Shown: positions 36,899 through 51,140 of the stretch, in pieces
Layout: each line of letters starts with the position of its first letter
How positions within the stretch are numbered: the stretch's first letter is position 1
From: Octopus bimaculoides
Taxonomy: Eukaryota
Length of the DNA: 64,000 bases
Direction of reading: 5' to 3'
Assembly: GCF_001194135.2 (NCBI RefSeq)
Contig: NC_068986.1
Coordinates: 77,505,453 to 77,569,452 of the forward strand
Program-made: the position numbers and the translations under genes
The notes under the pieces: model-generated
The model's database searches: none
Told to the model about the DNA's origin: nothing
The model's input: the letters and a program-made list of their open reading frames with translations, nothing else

Positions 36899-39038
36899 CT
36901 ATTTTTATAACATGTAAACAAATAAATGAATAAAATTTGGGAATTTTTTTCCTCACCAGAAACGTCAAGGGAAGAATATTTAGAGCGTCCTATAGAATGC
37001 TTTGTGGTATTAGTTATGTCGCTCTGCGTTCAAATCCAGCCTAGGTCAATTTTACTATTCCTTTCGAAGTCAAGTATTTGGAATGATATAATCAATTGTT
37101 TCATTATGTCGAGTTTCTGGCTGTGTATTTTTGTACGAATTTATTTGTTTATTTATTTCAGATCCGTATTTGTCTATTTATATATAACCTTTCCTGTTTG
37201 TATTTTTATTAACAGAACTGAATTAAATATCCATGGATGAAATAAAATCTGGATCTCACTGCTTTTCTCTTAGACTTCCTTGCTCACCCACATCATCATC
37301 TCACATCATTCATTCACTTCAAGTCTGCCATCATTTACTTGTTCTCAACCAAAGCAACAATACCATTTTCCCCTGTATCCTCATTCTTAATTTCTATAAA
37401 TGTTGTGATTTAGGTCTAGATTAGTCTGCATTAAAGGCATTTCAGTAATAACCATCCAGTCTTTTATTCAAGCATTGCATATCTAGGACTACATCATCCA
37501 ACATGTACCCTCTTCTTTTTTGAGATGATATAGTTTGAGGGAGATTTAGCTGCTATTTCTAGCAGGCTAAGCAACCCAATTGGGGCTATCTGGTCTTATG
37601 TTGTTGAAGTTCCTGTTGTTTAGTTTCTGGTCAGTCTTCTGAACCAGTTGACCTTTGATCAAAGATATTCCAACTATGACCATCCCTTCGTTCCCGTTTT
37701 CCTTCTAAATGCAAGAAATCTAGAATTGCATTATCTGACATATTCTTTTCTAAGACAGTGGCTTCAAGGTAATTCAGCTGCTATTTCTTGCAGGGTGAAC
37801 AAACTTATAGAAACCCTCTATTTGCTGGTATCTATAAATGTTTATGAGAGAGAGTGGAAGTGTGAAAGGAAACCAGAGAGAGAGAAATGATAGAGCAAAT
37901 ATATCATTTCTTACTTTTTTTCTCATTCAATTATGTTAATAATAATAATTCATAGAAGTAACAATTATGATGCCATAAATGATGATGATGACGATGATGA
38001 CAACAACGATGACGACGATGACGATGATGACAATGAATTTGCAATGGTAATTTTGATAAAGTAGTGACAGTTATATAATGATGATGTTATATTCTTGTAT
38101 TCTTTTACCTGTTACAGTCATTAGACTGTGGCCATGCTGGAGTACTGCCTTGAAGGATTTTAGCCACACAAATCGACCCCAGGACTTATTTTTCAAGCCT
38201 AGTACTTATTCTATCAGTCTCTTTTTTGCTGAACTGCAAAGTTACAGGAAAGTGAACACACCAACACCAGCTGTCAAGCAGTGATGGGTTGACAAACACC
38301 AAGAGAAAGACACATACACACATACACACACATACACACACACGCATTATCTGAATTATACCCACTCTACTGATAGTTATATGAGTGCATCTTCTCCCTG
38401 ATTTATGGTCTCTTAGGCTTGTTTCAGTTTCTGTCTTCCAAATCCACCCACAAGGCTTTGGTCAGCCTAAGGCTTTAGTAGAAAACACTTGCCCAAGGTG
38501 TTATTTCAAACATTTCCACTACTGTAAATATATCATATAAGCTACGCTACACATGCTACACCGTGTTACTTTACACTATATCTCAGGAATTATTAAATCT
38601 ATCATTCATTCGTTTATTGTTTAATGTCCTCCTTCCATGCTGGCATGGGTTGGACAGTTTGACAGGAGCTGGTCAGGTGGGATTCTATGCCATGCTTCTG
38701 CATCTGTTTTGGCATAGTTTTTACAGCTGGATGCCCTTCCTAATACCAACCACTCTGTAGAGTGAGCTGAGTGCTTTTTACATGGCACTTGCACAGGCAT
38801 GATCAGTTTTGGCATAATTTTTACAGCTGGATGCCCTCCCAAATGCCAACCACTTTACAGTGTGGACTGGGTGCTTTCTAAGTGGTACCTGCATTGGTGG
38901 GGTCACCAAGTGACTTTGCAAGACAAAGAGTCTTTGAGAGGGGAGGGGGTCATTGGAGGAGGTGATCTTGTGTCAGCTGATGAAAGATTAGAGTGTGATA
39001 GAGAGGCAGAAACAGATGTCTTGCTGTAGAAGAGGTCC

Positions 39039-39094
<56 letters not shown>

Positions 39095-39732
39095 AAGTAA
39101 ACATTTCATGTGTGTGTGTGTAGATATATGTTCTTTTGTTTGTATGTGTAAATATATCTTAATACATATACATGGAGAAATTAAAAGTACATGAAATATA
39201 TATATAATCAGAAGAGGAATTTGGACCATTAACTAATATATGTGGATGAATGTAAACACACACATATACGCACGGACATATCAAGTGAGTGGATCCCTGC
39301 CTGTTTTAATAATGAGTATTCTAGTTCTTTGATCAACTGAATTGCCTACTTATCGAATAATAGTGTAAGTGGCTGAATATTCCACAGACATTTATATTCT
39401 TATTGTTATCCTCAAGCTGTATCAAAGTTGTGCCTTTTGAATTACAGAACTGTAGGTTTTTATAGTTCCATCTGTTGAGTTTCACTCACAAGATCATAGG
39501 CCAACTTTAAACTATAGCTTTAATTTTTCAGCTGTGATTATTGAAGCCCTTGGTTGTGTACCTAACTGCTTCAGAGGTAAATTGAGGAAATAAGCTTCAT
39601 AAAACCCCAAAGGACAAGGGTGATTATGAAATTACAATTACAAATTGGACTGGGAAAATGTGTAGAACATTCTGGAGGCTAAGTCTAAAGGAGGTATATA
39701 TAAGCATGCATGCAATATGCACATGCATGAAT

Positions 39733-39772
<40 letters not shown>

Positions 39773-40555
39773 GCCTTAAACCTGGAAAAGAAAATTCCAA
39801 ATACTATATTCACGACACCAAACTTTATCACAAAATGCAAAATTTTTCTATGTTATACCATAACATAGTCTCCCATGAGATAACATGTTCCAAGTTCCAA
39901 TTAGAAGGTTCCAAGTCTAATTATATTATAAACTGATTTAAACAAAAAGTTACTATACCATTCCAAAATCAAAAAAAATCAAAAAGCATATAACATCTAT
40001 GACTTCTGGATACAATTTTTCGTACTCAGGGTTGACAAAGCATGAAATAAACTACTTGCAATCGTGATTACCTGTCAGGACAATGCATCCTTCAAAAATT
40101 CTGTGCTTATTGAAATTCACTGATACCATTTCTTCTGTATGGTTCTTTTACTATTCATTTTTCTGTCATTTTATGCTTTATTCTGTGTACTGTGCATGCA
40201 CTTTTGGCTTTCATTGCTGTCTTTCTTTACTTAATTTATTGCTGCTTTCTATCCCTGCTTTTATCATTATAGTAGAAAACATTTGCCCAAGGTGCCGTGC
40301 AGTGGGACATATATACACGTATGTATATATATGTCAGTAGCACCCGTGCCAGTGGCATGTAAAAGGTACCCACTACACTCTTGGAGTGGTTGGCATTAGG
40401 AAGGGCATCCAGCTATAGAAACCATGCCAAACCAGATTGGGACCTATTGTAGCTCCCCAGCATACCAGTTTTCAGTCAAACCGTTCAACACATGCCAGCA
40501 TGGAAAACGGACGTTAAATGATGATGATGATGACATACATACATACATTCATTCA

Positions 40556-40586
<31 letters not shown>

Positions 40587-41868
40587 CATCATCATCATCA
40601 CCGTTTGATGTCTGCCTTCCATGCTGGTATGGGTTGGACGGTTTGACAGGAGCTGGCCGGGCAGAAGCCTGCACCAGACTTCTGTGACTGTTTTGGTAGA
40701 CTTTTTAAAGCTGGATGCTCTTTCTAACACCAACCACCCAGCAATATATATGCATACATGCATATTTAAAATAGAAATAAAAGGTGGTAGTTAAATAATT
40801 GCTGTATGAAGCTGTACAGTAGTAAAATACAGACAGTAAAGATATAGAAAGAAGAGGAGCAGAAGTAATTGACTTGTAGTATAACAGATTTTTATTTTAT
40901 CAAACCTAAATGGAGGAAAAGCTTAATTGGATTTCATAGATTTTGAAAGTATAAATTTGAAATTGGGCTCACAACATTGACTGATGTTTATTTTATGATC
41001 CTCTGAAGGATGAAAGTCAAAAGCTATCCTTGATAGGATTAGAACACAGAATGTAAAGAGACCTGATTAAATATTGCCTGATACTTTAAATCTGGGCTCT
41101 GCTTCACCACAATTTCTGCTATCAATTATCCTGACTAAATGGAATAATATAAACTAGAAGCTTTGGACAGTCTTCTCTTCTATCCTGTATGTTAAAAGTA
41201 CCAAAATGATATCAAAGCTGTATTCTATTAATTCCAAGCTTAAAATAAGCTTATGTTATTTCTTCAGCATTCTAATTAATTTTCAACAATAAGATATTAT
41301 CCCTTAACTCCATCTTTTGTCTTCTTTGTAGCCAATAGCAACATCGTCTATCTATCCTCAACTTTCAAATGCTACACACTGCATACAAGAAATCTTGAAC
41401 ACTCTTGCTTAAACAAAGACCTTAGTGATGAAATCTAGTAATTGAAAAAGGATTAAAATTACATATAGGTCAATTATTTCATTGGAGCTTACAAATACAA
41501 CCAACTGTTGCTATTGGCAATGATAACATGTGCCAACAAAAGAACCCTTGAGTAGTCATTTGTCAAACTTGAAAGAAAGCAGCTAAATTTCTCTTGAATC
41601 ACTCACTGATTGCTTAAAAATGAAAGAACACATTGCATGATATAGTCCTGGATACATAAAACAATGGGAAAGCCATGACTAGAATACATTTGATCAGAGG
41701 TCTGTTTGATGAGGACAGGCATAGGTCTAATCTACAGCAATAAAATGTAGCTTGTTTTGTGGTATCTTTCTGGTGGAGTCATAAGAGTGTTCTCATGATA
41801 TATGGCATATCTTGGTCAATTTCCCTTCCCAGGTCTGACCACAGTCAATTTCTTCCAGAAGCAGTAAG

Positions 41869-41903
<35 letters not shown>

Positions 41904-44900
41904 AAGAAAGAGTGAAAGAGAAAAAGAAGAATTAACCCCAATGCAGGACTAGCACTATTTATTGAACCCTGCTGAAAGGATGGAAGATGGAGTTAATCCT
42001 GATGGTATTTCAATTTAGAACACAAAGAGCTAGAACAAATATTGCAACCAATCTATGTGATGCTCTAACAACTTGGGTAGTTCCTTGCTTTGCAATTTAT
42101 GATTTCCTTATGCAGGTTTTGGTTCAATACACTTTACCTGAAGACCTCAGAGAATTCAGAGACATATTTTACTGGGTGTTACATATTTATTGCAGCTGTT
42201 AACTTTCAATCTGTTAAAAGTTTGTCACTGCAACAGCTTTGAGAATATAATGATTTCTGGTAGAATATGCAAAAGCAAATATTGATTCCTATATGACACA
42301 AAGCCATACAATTTTGAGGATGTGTATATCTAATTAAATCAACTTCAGTATTTGATGGGTACTTATTTTATCGGCCTTAAAAGGACGAAAGGTGAAACTG
42401 ACCTTAGTGGCATTTGAATTCAGGATATAAAATGGTGTAACTAGATACAAGGTATTTTGTCCAGTGTCTACTATATGGTAGCAAATATTGATAGATTAAG
42501 TTATAACATGAGAATTCTTAAGTCTAAATGCAAGACAGTCATTGTTGTTTTGCCTCAGGTCAGTCCTAACTGTATGAGAAGTTCAATGATTAAAAGCATT
42601 CCAGCAGTGATGATCCTGTCTTTTTTGTATATCTAAGACTACATTGTATGATACATTGTTCTTTCCCCTAAAATGACAGGATGCAATTTGAGGGAGGTTT
42701 GGCTTCTATTCCTGGCTGATCAAGTGACTACAAAGAGGCTTCCTTATTGACTTGCTAAGTAAAATAGTCTTTAATCTCAATCACCAAGCCTTATTTTCTG
42801 TTTGTAAGCTCATTTACATTAGTTCTCTCCAGCTGGATCCAGTGAATTCTTTCAATAATTTACGTTTTTCAACATTTTAAGTGTTTTTCTATAATTTATG
42901 TAAATTACAGTTGAGAGGTAAAGCACAAATGTTGACTCATTCATAATCTGATCTAGCATATTAAAAACAGGTTTTAAAACTTAACATTCCTTCAATATTA
43001 ATCTATAAATCCATTTTGGAACTGGCTTGTTTTTTTTTTGAGCTGACAAATCACTTAGGTCATTATTCCAGTTTGTATATACCCTGTTCCCATAAGTATA
43101 CTGTTTGGAAAGCTTACTGTACCATTCCTTAAATCATTTATTTGTAAATAGTCACTTCTTGAATATTGAAAGAATCTCAAGATTTCATATTTATTTAGGC
43201 TGACTTTTGTCAATTACTATTTTATAGAATTATAACCTATACTTCCTTTTCAGTGCTTCTTCCAGCAAGATTTTGATGTTGCTGTCAATTTGTTGATTTT
43301 CTTTCTACAATAATTTGAATCCTTAATGGAGTGCTTTCTAATTGATGTTACCATATTCAAGATATGAGAGAAAAAAAAAAAAGTCAAACTGAAAATAATA
43401 ATAAAAAACGAAACAAAACACCCTTATGTTTTTGTCAATATCATCCAGTATGCTAGGTGCAGACATGGCTGGGTGGCTAAGAAGCTTGTTTTGAAATCTC
43501 CTGGTTTCAGGTTCAGTTCCACTGTGCCAAACCTTGGGCAAGTGTATTCTACTTTACCTTCAGGCCAACCAATGCCTTATGAGTTAATTTGGTAGATGAA
43601 ATCTGTGTGACAGTCCATTGTATATATATATATGTATGTATGTATATATGTATATATATNNNNNNNNNNNNNNNNNNNNNNNNNNNNNNNNNNNNNNNNN
43701 NNNNNNNNNNNNNNNNNNNNNNNNNNNNNNNNNNNNNNNNNNNNNNNNNNNNNNNNNNNNNNNNNNNNNNNNNNNNNNNNNNNNNNNNNNNNNNNNNNNN
43801 NNNNNNNNNNNNNNNNNNNNNNNNNNNNNNNNNNNNNNNNNNNNNNNNNNNNNNNNNNNNNNNNNNNNNNNNNNNNNNNNNNNNNNNNNNNNNNNNNNNN
43901 NNNNNNNNNNNNNNNNNNNNNNNNNNNNNNNNNNNNNNNNNNNNNNNNNNNNNNNNNNNNNNNNNNNNNNNNNNNNNNNNNNNNNNNNNNNNNNNNNNNN
44001 NNNNNNNNNNNNNNNNNNNNNNNNNNNNNNNNNNNTGGACAGGTGTTAAAATAATAAAATAATAATAAAAAAGTGAAGAAAAAATATAGTGCGTGTGTTT
44101 ACTTGGCAAAAAAAGGGACAAAACATACAGATTTCACCCTTATTCGTTCATTCCACTGTTTGTTCTTTCATTCCCCCTCGCTCACAGTGTTTGAACCCAT
44201 TCATATATGAATGTCTTACTATCTGTAGCGTACATATTGACTTTATTTGACAATATAGTTAAATATGATGGTTTTTTTTAGAAAATTTCAACAAGGTAAG
44301 GTCAAACAAGCACAAATCAAGTCATTTATCTATTTTCACTTTGCATCTAGAATTTAAAAGCTGACAAATGATATTTCTGTAGGATCGCTTGTTTTGTTTT
44401 TTTGTTAACTTTTACAACTTTTAACATCAAAATTGCTTTAAGGAACTTAGTGTTGGAGTGTATAATTTCTTTCCTTTTTTTGTTTTTAATTTCTTTTTAA
44501 ATATAAAATATTCCAAGTAGTGATAAGATAATATATTTTGTGAAATAAAAGCTTAAGAAATAATCAGAAGTTAAAGAAATTACACAAGAATTATAACATT
44601 GGAAAGGCAAAACAGGATTGGTAAAAGATAATGGCATATCTGGAAAATTCTATGAAAGGTAGGTTTTCTTTTACTAAAAATATAATAAAATGCTTGGAAG
44701 ATACTCTGACAACAGTAAGACAGATATTTAAGAAATAGGACTTTGTAGCTAAAATGCATCATAATATTTTATCAATTTGGTTTCTCTCTTTTTAAAAATT
44801 TCTCATTTTATTTATTTGTTTATTTATTTGTTTACTTGTTTATTTATTTCTTCATTCATCATATTTCTCTTGCATTTCTTTTAAAAATCATTAGACTGAT

Positions 44901-46107
44901 CCATTGAGTGAAGTGAGCAAGAAAATCTGAAAATTTCTAAGCCAGCAGCCAAATTCTTAACAAGTAGATATAACTTGAGAGAGACAAGCAACAGCAACAA
45001 CAACAAGAACAACAAGTTATATATATATGAAAAAAAAAAAAAATAATGCTTATAGAAAAAGAAAAAAAATAATCCCATCACCATTATTTCTACCACTAGC
45101 AGCACCAGCACCACTACCACCACCACCAATGCCACTACTAACAACAACAGTAACTGAGAAAATATCAGTAGATATAAATGACCAATACAACAATAATAAC
45201 AACCACAACAACATCGTCATTACAATAACTGACACCACTACTACCACTATCAACGACTACCATAGCCATGAACCAAAAAACGAGCTCTCATGTTGTTGCT
45301 TGACCTGCTTGATATCAGTTCTTTTTTTTTTCTTCACTGGTTTCAGTCATTGGACTGTGGTCATGCTGGGGCACTGCCTTGATGTACTTAGTCAAACAAA
45401 TTGACCCCTGTTACTTATTTTTTTAAGTCAGGTACTTTTATTGCATTGGTCTCTTTTGCCAAGCTGATAAGTTTTGGGGTTGTAAACAAACCAGCATTGG
45501 TTGTCAAGTGATGATGGTGGGGAACAAACATAGACACACAGACACAGACACAGACACAGACACAAGCACACACACACATGAACATGTACATATGATGGGC
45601 TTCCACACAGTTTCCATCAACCAAATTCACACATAAGACACTGGCTAATCTAGGGCCATAACAGAAAACACTCTCTCAGTGTGCCACACAGTGAGATTGA
45701 ACTTGAGACCACATGGTTGCAAAGGGAGCTTTTTAACCTCACAGCTCTGCCTCAAATCACACCCCACCATCTCAGGAAACAGCATATCAGATAATGAAGT
45801 CCTAGCTCATGAGGTTGGATGGTCACAGTTGGAATGTTTCTGATTATAGTTCTGCTTAATCTGGGATCAGCATCACCATTACCAACAATGGGCCGACATG
45901 AAAACCTCTTACTGATCACTCACCCTGCTAAAAATAGTTGCTAAATGCTCCTCAAATCACTCTCTACTGTTTAGGAAAAAGGAAAGACATGTTGGATAAT
46001 GCAATCCCTGTTATTCAAAATGCTGATGTGGTCATGGCTGGAGTGTCTTTTTACCATAAGTTTGTTGGTTCAGGTCTGATTTGGAAGTGAAACAACATTA
46101 ACTATCA

Positions 46108-46146
<39 letters not shown>

Positions 46147-47064
46147 ACTACTTCATGCCGATGAGAGGGCCTCTGCATGGTCTCTCGACTTGCTAGATAT
46201 TGTAGCTAAATCTCCTTCAACTCATACTCCACTGTCTTAAATAAAGACAGTACATACAATAGTTTAATATAGCCCTGAATATCCTCAACAAGATGGAATG
46301 GCTATGACCAGCATGCCTTTGATTGTATTAGCCTGCCCAATCAGAGTTAACTTGTGATTAATAAATCACCAGTAATTAAAACNNNNNNNNNNNNNNNNNN
46401 NNNNNNNNNNNNNNNNNNNNNNNNNNNNNNNNNNNNNNNNNNNNNNNNNNNNNNNNNNNNNNNNNNNNNNNNNNNNNNNNNNNNNNNNNNNNNNNNNNNN
46501 NNNNNNNNNNNNNNNNNNNNNNNNNNNNNNNNNNNNNNNNNNNNNNNNNNNNNNNNNNNNNNNNNNNNNNNNNNNNNNNNNNNNNNNNNNNNNNNNNNNN
46601 NNNNNNNNNNNNNNNNNNNNNNNNNNNNNNNNNNNNNNNNNNNNNNNNNNNNNNNNNNNNNNNNNNNNNNNNNNNNNNNNNNNNNNNNNNNNNNNNNNNN
46701 NNNNNNNNNNNNNNNNNNNNNNNNNNNNNNNNNNNNNNNNNNNNNNNNNNNNNNNNNNNNNNNNNNNNNNNNNNNNNNNNNNNNNNNNNNNNNNNNNNNN
46801 NNNNNNNNNNNNNNNNNNNNNNNNNNNNNNNNNGAGAAAGATGGATTAAAAACAAGGAAAGTTTTTGATATTTCTGAAATAATAAAAGTCAAGGTAAAAG
46901 AAATAAAACAGATAAAATGAACAAAATAATAAAAGAAAAATAACAAAATAAAACTTTCTCAAAATTGTTTATCCAAAGATGATGGTAGTGGTGGTGGTGG
47001 TGGGAGGGATTGTAGGGACAAAATAGTGTGGTGGTATGATGAAATATAATTATATAAGAAAAAC

Positions 47065-47270
47065 ACAGTTCTATATTCTTAAATATGAGGAATTGTGTAC
47101 ATTATTTACATTATTTACATTTGAGGGATATTTGTCCTCATCTTGTTTGTTGTTATAACATGTTTCGGCTGATATACACTCCAGCCTTCATCAGGTGTCT
47201 TGGGGGAATTTCAGACCTGGGTTCTCATTCCTAATGTATTTTTCGATGCTATTATTATTATTATTATTAT
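47065..47270 (-). mobile_element. Penelope 3' UTR/pLTR copy containing a hammerhead-like core
   Basis: The same repeat follows the GIY-YIG stop codon at 63272-63490. The minus strand has CTGATGA-A-GGCTG-loop-CAGCC-GAAAC. Confidence 0.7.
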
Positions 47271-47361
47271 TGGAGAGTATTGTAGTTCGCTTGAAGCATT
47301 GTGTATTGTTTGTAAAGAATAAAAAGTTTAGGAAGGTATAACAATGCACTATAGAACAAAA

Positions 47362-47554
47362 AATGGACTGTATACCTGTTGTAACTTGGTAAACTATAGT
47401 CTGATGATATTTCGGAATTAGAATTCCTTCTTCAGATCTTATTTGCTGGAGTCTCTGCTATAAACTCCAGCAAATAAGATCTGAAGAAGGAATTCTAATT
47501 CCGAAATATCATCGGACTATAGTTTACCAAGTTACAACAGGTATATAGTCCATT
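47362..47554. repeat. Near-perfect palindrome: 91-bp arms (89/91 matched), 11-nt loop
   Basis: 47362-47452 vs 47464-47554. Mismatched pairs at 47370/47546 and 47402/47514. Confidence 0.95.
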
Positions 47555-47564
47555 ATTATTATTG

Positions 47565-47616
<52 letters not shown>

Positions 47617-47961
47617 CATCAACTTTCTCTGTCATGGTCAATGTGATGAACACACACTACACACGTAACTTCCAAGCACTCCTGTAAACAGCGGAAGTGA
47701 GCTAGAATGTTAAAATTTAGTGCACATGCACAGCAGAGTTGAAGGTCAATCTGTGCCAAGTGGCTTCACTCTGTGTGCTTTAGCTTCATTACTATGCCAA
47801 CAGCCTGGATACTTCTTAGTCAGACCATGTATATACACACACATACACATACACACATGCACACACATATATACATGTGTGTGTATACATATACACATAT
47901 ATATATACATATATAAACACATATATATATATATATATATATACATACATATATATATATA

Positions 47962-48017
<56 letters not shown>

Positions 48018-48039
48018 TATACATACATACATATATACA

Positions 48040-48097
<58 letters not shown>

Positions 48098-48099
48098 TA

Positions 48100-48888
48100 C
48101 AGGGTACAATGGGTATATTGTCACCATTTTATATTTTACATGTGCATTGTTTGTTTTTGAGTTTGTTGACTACTCAGTCTAGTAGGGTCAGTTAGACACA
48201 GTCTGTGAGAAAAACAGCACCATGATGCAATTTAGTCTGCTAGAAATTTGGAAACAACATGCTGTACTGCTTGGCATTTGCGCCAGGAGCTCCAATATGA
48301 ACAGATAGTGAACACACAGAACACCTGTTGGCTTGCCATATCCCCAAAACATGTGCTGAGAGTGATAAAAATCAAACATCCAGTCAACATCATGGTGCTT
48401 AGAGGAGGTAGTGCTGCCACAGGTCAAGAGGGTGGCTGCTGGAAGATCCTATGCCTGGCAACAGGACTCTGCCCCATGCCACAAAAACAGGAGAACCGGC
48501 TGTGACTGTCAGACAATTTCTGCAACCACATCACTCCTAACATCTGGCCACCAAACTCCCCAGACTGCAACCCCCTTGATTATTATGTGTGGGGTGCAGT
48601 TGAGCAAGAGACCAACAAAACTCCTTGTAACACCAAAGATGAACTGAAGGCAAGGATTATGGCAGCATCCACCAACTTAAACAAGGCGACTGTCCAGAAG
48701 AGATGCAGGAGATTCTGAAGTTGTTTGGAGGCTGTGGTTGAATCGAATGGCGATTTTATTGAATAAATTTACTCTTTAGTATTTCAAGATATTTCTATGT
48801 AATTTTGGTAAATATATCTGTTAAAATGAAATGTCAGTGGTATTTTCATTTTGTGTAATTTAGACGACAATATATTCACTGCACCTTT
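48100..48888 (+). mobile_element. Internally deleted Tc1/mariner maT-like (DD37D) element
   Basis: Degenerate ~25-bp TIRs with TA flanks. QQDSAPCH...WPPNSPDCNPLDYYVWG has about 37 residues between the two Asp after correcting one frameshift. Confidence 0.8.
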
Positions 48889-50289
48889 TATATAAATGAC
48901 TGTAGAAACTTCAAGCATTCAGAAAAATCCTTGGAGAGGCAATGGTTCCTAACCTGGAAAAGGAAGGAAGCATGATGTGGTTGGATGAAAGCTAAAAGGA
49001 AGCTCAGGGCTGATTATGTCACTTGTCAATTCAATGACAACTATGATATAGGCCCCTGAAGGAAAGAGGAATCTCCAGAAGACCCAAGGACACATAGAGA
49101 AAAACCGATGAGAAAGAGAGGCAGGGCAGTGGATGAAGAAGCATGTATGAACCATAGACATCAAAAGAGTAGCCTTGTGAGAGAAAGTGGAAACCTAATG
49201 TGTCACATTGTAAGAAATCAAAAAGAAGAAGCATATATATGTGTTGTATGTGTGTGTTTGAGTGTGTATGTGTGTATGTCCATGTCTGTTTATGGTTCAC
49301 ACTTGTCGTTTATGTTGTGACCTTCTATGTCCTGTAAACTAACAGTTCAACAAATAGAAATTGATAAAAGATGTATCAGACTGAAATAAATATTGTGGCT
49401 GAGATGGTAAACTAAATCGTTGATGATGGTGCTCCTGCATGGCCATAATCCAATAAGTGAAGCCAGTAAAAGAATGAAAGATTATATATTTATAGATAAA
49501 TTATGTAAAGGTCAGTAATTCTGCAACAACTGTGAGGTATTATGTTAAAGCAATGAATAAGATGTCTTGTTACATTTGTTCTGGCTCTTTGCATTCTCAA
49601 TTCTTGTGTAGTAGATTTAATCCATCACCTACTTTTAGCTATGCATGAACTGAAAGCATATTTTGTCTTGCTATTCAGTCTCCTCATTAATAATCATTTC
49701 TATTAAAGGCACAAGGCCAGCAAATTTCAGGGAAGGGGTTAGGCTGATTACATTGACCTCAGTGTTTCACTGGTACTTAATTTATTGACCCCAAAATGAT
49801 GAAAGGCAAAGTCAACCTCAGCAGAATTTGAACTCAAAATGTAAAGATGGATGAATTTCATTGCATCATTTCCTTTCACCATTCATAATTTTCTTTATTT
49901 AATTTATTCAATTTCATATTTCTTTAATTTCATATTTCTTTAATTTCATGTTTCTTTAATTTCATATTTCTTTAATTTCATATTATGCTCTAATTACGTT
50001 AAAAATGACTATAAAATAAAAGGCCCATTTGATATTGTAGCCTTCGATACACAATGACCAAAACAAAAATTAAGCATTTTGCCCAGCATGCTAATGATTC
50101 TGCCAGCTCACCCTTAAGCATTATAGTACAGGGAAAACATTGATTATTCTGGAACTATTGGGGCCAAAGCCTTTCTGTGTTACTGATGGTTTCATACAAA
50201 AAGATGGTTGCCTATGAATGAAATAAATATCAAATTTACTTAAGTAACTAAATGAAATATAGGTACCTGTAAATTAGTATAAATGATAG

Positions 50290-51140
50290 AGTTAACCTAA
50301 CAAAAACCAAAGCCTTAGTAAGTAGGAAGGCAGACAAATCACAAATCCCTTCAGGTAGACGGCCCTGCTCAATCTGTAGAAAAGATGTACAAACTCCATA
50401 AGATGTACTTGGTGTAAGCTATGGACCCATAAGAGGTGCAGCAATATCAAAGGAAGGTTAACAAGAAAAATAGTTTTCATGTGTGGAAGATGCACAGATA
50501 AAATAAACACTAAAAATGTACAGAAAATAAACTTCATCAACTGCCAGTGGGGTAAGCTAGAAGTAGTAGATAGTTTCTGTTATCTAGGTGATCAAGTCAG
50601 TAGCAGAGGTGGATGCTATGAGAGCATAGCTGTGAGAATAAGAATAGGCTGGGCAAAGTTCAGAGAGCTCCTACCTTTGCTGGCAACAAAGGGGTTCTCC
50701 CTCAGAGTGAAAGGCATATTGTATGATGCCTGTGTGTGAACAGCTATGCTACACAGCAGTGAAACATGGGCTGTGACAGCTGAGGACATGCATAGGTTTG
50801 AAAGAAATGAAGTCAGTATGCTTCGCTGGATGTGCAATGTCAGTGTGTATGTATGACAGAGTGTAAGCATCTTGAGAGAAATATTGGGCATAAGAGGCAT
50901 CAGATGTGGTCTACAAGAGAGACAACTGTGCTGTTATGTGATGCATATGAGCAAGGACAGCTGTGTAAAGAAATGATGATCTGTAACTGTGGAGGGAAAC
51001 TGTGGTAGAGGTAGACCCAGAAAGACATGGGATGAGTGGGTGAAGCATGATGTTCGAACTTTGGACCTCATAACGGTAATAACTAGTGACTGAGACCTTT
51101 GGCTATATGCTGCGCTTGAGAAGACCCGTCAATCCAAGTG
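50290..51140 (+). mobile_element. Degraded RTE LINE 3' part (same family as 12525)
   Basis: KLEVVDSFCYLGDQVSSRGGC...GWAKFRELLPLLATKGFSLRVKGILYDACV*, with several stops. Confidence 0.88.
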
